From contig NW_003314571.1 in the NCBI RefSeq assembly GCF_000143415.4, positions 1-11,684 on the forward strand: a DNA stretch of 11,684 bases, read 5' to 3'. Origin of the DNA: Selaginella moellendorffii (Eukaryota > Plantae > Lycopodiophyta). This document shows positions 7,706 to 11,684 of this stretch, one piece after another (position 1 is the stretch's first letter; every line of letters begins with the position of its first letter). The notes beneath the pieces were generated by a model that ran no database searches, was not told the origin of the DNA, and saw only the letters and a list, made by a program, of their open reading frames with translations. The position numbers and the translations under genes were made by a program.

Positions 7706-10700
7706 CTAGATGGAGATGCTGTTGGGGACGCCTCGGCCAGTGATGCCCGGGGACGAGCTCACAGCAAGGAGTGTGTAGGGCAGATTAACAAGGCCGCGGC
7801 GGTTCTTCAGCTCTGGATCTGCGTTCTTTGCCATCACTTCGGCCTCCGTCTCGGCTATGGCGGCTTTGAATCGCTCGAATGCGTCCAGCACCCGTTTGTC
7901 GCTCGTCCAGTGCTCCGGCCGCGTGCCCAGGTACTCTTCGTCGGATGAATGAGTGGAGAGGATCTCGATGGTTGTCATCACCTGCGTCGCTTCGACTTTG
8001 GTGGAGAAGGACGAGAGGTAGAATTTCTCCCCTCTTCGCAGCTGTTTATATTCTTCGGTGTCTTCGTCAGGAATGAGCTTGTGAGCGATGGTCGGCCTGT
8101 TCACTGGGAATCCAGCGTATGCATACTGGCCAAAGTTAACAGCAGCGTGGTGGCACGATGGGATCCAAATCATGGTGGTGAGTGCCTCGATCAAGTTTGC
8201 TTTTGTGTTCAGGTCTGTCCATCCAACTTTCTTGTCTGCATGACCAACATTCACGATTTCTTGCCACCATGCCTGGAGCTCAGTGTCATCCCTGACTGAA
8301 GCATCGTCCTTGTAGAAAATGTCTGTGTAGTCCGTCACCCATTGCTTCAATGCACTCCAGAGGTTCAGTCCATCCACTGCGTAAGGATAGTCTTCAATGA
8401 GGAGGTCTAGGCCGTGTCTGGCTTTCGGATTTGGAGTAGCCATTCCCCTGGAAAAAAATCAATGCTTGTTTTTCGTTTGGATAGTTTCAAGCCAGAAATC
8501 CCCTTACCTGGCGATCAAGTCAGCTGGAAGTCCCTGCTGGTCGAATCTCCACTGCGATCCATAGACGACAGCACTTATTTCTATGGAGTATTTTCCCGGT
8601 GTGAAGTTGGCTTCGATGATTCCTGATGCATTGATCAGCGATTGGCGAGCTTTGGAATTGATGGTCATTGTGTCTTTGAAGTGCGGAATCAGCAGGAGGT
8701 AGATTGGATGAAGAATGCTCAGCTGCCTGTGCATAGCAATTATAAACGGTTCCATGACGGCATGCGTTCTCAGCCTGGATGAGCGCGATCAGGTAAGCAT
8801 TGCCATATATTTTTTTGTATCATTCTCTTACCAGTGACTAATGAGTTGATGGTATCCACAGTCATTCACGGCAACGTGTCCTTTGGCAACTTCCCAAGCC
8901 CAGTCCCTCTTTGGTGTGTCGGAGCAGACAAATACCCTGTTCTTTCTCTGGCCGGTCGCTGTTGCTGCTGGGAGGCTCAACTCGATGGCTATAGGCTTCA
9001 AGACACCTCTGTCTGTAAGAAACAATATAGTCCGTGTTGCGTACGTTTTCTTTCCCTCCTGCGCATTAATCCTGTTCAAGTATGGCAGGAATGCATCGTG
9101 GTAATCCAGGATGAAGAGCTTATTCGCCTCCAAAGCCTGACAAACACCAGCGGTGAAGCTTGGTTCTTAGAAAAACACTTTCTTACTTCTTGAACAGTGA
9201 GGCCGTTGAGCTGATCCAGTATGTGTTCGTCTTTCAGTGCAGTGGCTTTTGGCCCGAAAATCTTGGGATCCAGACTGCTTACAGGAGGATAGGACTCGAG
9301 CTTTTTTATTATCATGGGATTCAGACCCGCAATAGTCTGCCTTCCGAACTCATAATCCAGCATCCAGGATTCACAATCATCTGCAAAAAGAAGTGACGAT
9401 GAGAGGCAAAACCCCGGAACACCTCCATATCCTACCTTGGATAATTTGCGGCAACGGGTACTTGAGAAGGCTGTTGTTGGTTTTATCGGTATCTGTCAGC
9501 TGGTTGATCAAGGTGAAGGGATTCCGAAGTTTCTTCTTTTCATTTGCATTTGTACTACTGACGTCTTGTCCCAGCTCAATACCGTCGTCATACAGCGCTA
9601 TAATCTGTTCGAAGCTCTGAAAGTAAGGGCTCTTGTCCCTCCTGTATGCCGATTTGATAGCTGGAACCAGATAATGTGCAGCGGCCTTGATCGTGTCCCC
9701 TACGAAGTTGGAGTTTTTCTCTCTCATGAACGTTTCGTCCGACGGGACATACATGTTATCGATTCCGGGAGGCAAACTCTCCGACCGTGGATCTGTTTAG
9801 CTTAGATATCGGTAAGTAAAATTGCTCTTTGTATGAACTCGTGACTCACCTGTTTGTGTAGGCGGGCGACCGGTTCTAACTCTGCGAGGATAAGCAAACT
9901 CGCCTCCTCCAAGAACGGGTCTCCGCAGCTCAATGTCGTTGTCAGGGTTCCCGAGGTCGTTGTACACATCGTAGTCGTAAACCCGGTCGCTATCCTTTCG
10001 CTCGCCTGTTCCGTCGCCTTGAATATCTTGGAGTTCTCGTGCACGAAAGTTTCTCAGGCCCAAGGGAGTGTTGCCAGGTAGGCACACCTTATCACATCAG
10101 GTTTTTCTTTCCTCAGCTTTAACGAAAAAAAAATATATATGTGCAGATGCCTTACCTTGTTTCTGAAGAAAATTCGGGGGCAGTTCTCCGCGGTCGGGTG
10201 CAGCCATGAATCACTGGTGAAGTAAGCTGAAGTTCCATCTGGCTGCACAATGTGGAAGGTGCTGAGAAAGAATTCATTCGGGTGAGCATTGCCAATACGA
10301 ACAGCCCCAACATTCCCGAAGCTCTTATCTACAACTATCTGGACTTTGTATGTGATACATCCGCTCGCTTCGATTCTGTCTCGAGCACAATACCAGTGAC
10401 TTATCGGCACCACGTCGCTCATCTTCGGTTCCTGGGTGCCTGTAGAGAACCAAGGACAGGTAAGAAGCTAAGTTCAGCATCTAAACCGCTCTCGTGCTTA
10501 CCAGGAAGCAGTTCTTCGCTCACGAGCTGAACCGTCACCTTCTTGCCGAGCAGAAAATCGGCGGCGTCGTCCCGGAAATCCGCGAGGACGTCAACGAGAT
10601 CTAGCACGTTCTTCTTGTACACGACCAGGACGCATTCAAGAAGGACCGGCGATGAAACACCGCGCTGCGTCGCAACATCCGGAGCGATCTCTAGAGAAGC

Positions 10701-10856
10701 AGGTGCGGTGGCAACGCTGGAGCTCTTTTGCTTGGCAACCTTCGCTGTGACGAGGCATCTCTGGTGAGTCCTACTTGCAATTCTCCTCTCAAAGCTTCGA
10801 CTGACTGTGGTTTTGTGCGAAAACAGGAGCTGGCAAGTAGAAGCTATAGTAGCCAT
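7706..10856 (-). CDS. LOX: lipoxygenase, probable plastid-targeted 13S-LOX, 913 aa; exons 10856-10502, 10439-10156, 10087-9850, 9792-9436, 9380-9187, 9136-8832, 8774-8508, 8447-7706
   Basis: Seven GT-AG introns (50-68 nt) splice to an in-frame 2742-nt CDS. It has a Ser/Thr/Arg-rich N-terminal extension (transit-peptide-like), a PLAT domain (NAHPNEFFL), [27 protein letters not shown] and [12 protein letters not shown]. Iron ligands are in HQLISHWLRTHA and HAAVNFGQY plus the C-terminal Ile (GVPNSISI). Phe sits at the positional-specificity site (IIEANF) and Ala at the S/R site (INSKARQ). Confidence 0.97.
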
Positions 10857-10924
10857 GGTAAGCAAGCACTACACGCTTCACTATTGATGATCGACTCTGG
10901 GGAGCTTGGAGCAAGAACAAAAGA

Positions 10925-10930
10925 TATATA
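10925..10930 (-). promoter_or_regulatory. candidate TATA box of the LOX gene
   Basis: GAGTATATATCTT on the minus strand, about 70 nt upstream of the ATG at 10856. Confidence 0.4.
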
Positions 10931-11186
10931 CTCCCGACTTGGAGCCGTGGACTACTAACGCTGTACGCTACCACGAGTGTGGTCCTCAATGACGAGACAA
11001 AACTTCCACTCACACGTTAGAATCATGTGATTCTATTGGACGCTCGAGTTAAAAGGTCGCTATAAGTCGCTATTCGTGATTTAAAATTAATCAAATTACG
11101 TCAGATTAAATAAACACTGTTTGAGCATATTCTAGGGATAAATGTATCTGTTACTCTGTATTATTAACATTAACTAAACCTCTGGT

Positions 11187-11209
11187 TGGGCTTTGCCCTA
11201 AAACCCTAA
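11187..11209 (+). promoter_or_regulatory. site II (TGGGCT) + telo-box (AAACCCTAA) module upstream of HUS1
   Basis: TGGGCT at 11187-11192 and AAACCCTAA at 11201-11209, directly before the ATG at 11212. This pairing is known from plant proliferation and housekeeping gene promoters. Confidence 0.5.
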
Positions 11210-11211
11210 CG

Positions 11212-11684
11212 ATGAAATTCAAGGCATTCTTCACGGACAAGGGCGTCACGACGCTGGAGAAGAGTAAGCCGGTTCCATCGATTCGATCGATAGATAGCTC
11301 GATCTTCTTGATGGATCCTCCTCGCCGGTTCTTTGCCAGAATTCGTGCCGGCGTTTGAGAAGATTGGGAAGACGTGCTACGTCTATCTCACCAGGACGCA
11401 CGTCACGCTTATGCACAATGCCGTCAATGCCGATGGCGTCCAGGCGATTGCGCAGTTCAAGGAGGTGGGCATTCTTTTTCTCACTCTCTTTCGGTTTTTC
11501 CTTCCTCTGTCTGATACATGTATGCTCTAGGCACTGCTGTTCGATGACTATCGGATTTCCAGCCAGAACGAAGACCGCATTGCTTTCACGCTGGATCTAA
11601 ACCTGCTGCTGCGAGCGCTCAAGAGCAGCGTGAGCATGGATGGAGATAAGCTGCAAATCAAGCTGGGAAGAAGCGCCTCTGTCA
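11212..11684 (+). CDS. HUS1: checkpoint protein HUS1 (9-1-1 clamp subunit), 5' part; exons 11212-11263, 11340-11464, 11531->11684
   Basis: Spliced translation MKFKAFFTDKGVTTLEKKFVPAFEKIGKTCYVYLTRTHVTLMHNAVNADGVQAIAQFKEALLFDDYRISSQNEDRIAFTLDLNLLLRALKSSVSMDGDKLQIKL matches plant HUS1 (MKFKAF...LFDDYRISSQNEDRIAF). Introns 11264-11339 and 11465-11530 are canonical. There is an apparent 1-nt deletion near 11666. Confidence 0.93.

Noticed and set aside
7879-10958. Numerous plus-strand ORFs across the LOX gene, and the TTG start at 10865
   Set aside because: They are antisense to LOX exons; the first in-frame ATG of LOX is at 10856.

Overview
Eukaryotic, gene-dense land-plant DNA with very short GT-AG introns (about 50-76 nt) and GATC-rich introns and UTRs. 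This style suggests a compact non-seed-plant genome such as Selaginella (inference only). Conserved genes: the 5' part of mitochondrial 2-oxoglutarate dehydrogenase E1 (minus strand, runs off the left edge), a complete 2-exon type II metacaspase (+), a complete 8-exon plastid-type lipoxygenase (-), and the 5' part of the checkpoint clamp gene HUS1 (+, runs off the right edge, with an apparent 1-nt frameshift). Between the metacaspase and the LOX lies a ~4.6 kb accessory island. It holds a decayed LOX duplicate with many microdeletions and an internal micro-inversion, and an intron-containing, disrupted gene resembling Crinkler/RHS (CR)-type NTPase + restriction-endonuclease-fold effectors with a C-terminal SAP/HeH-like motif. 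It also holds a cluster of six short hairpins and several unassigned spliced-looking fragments.
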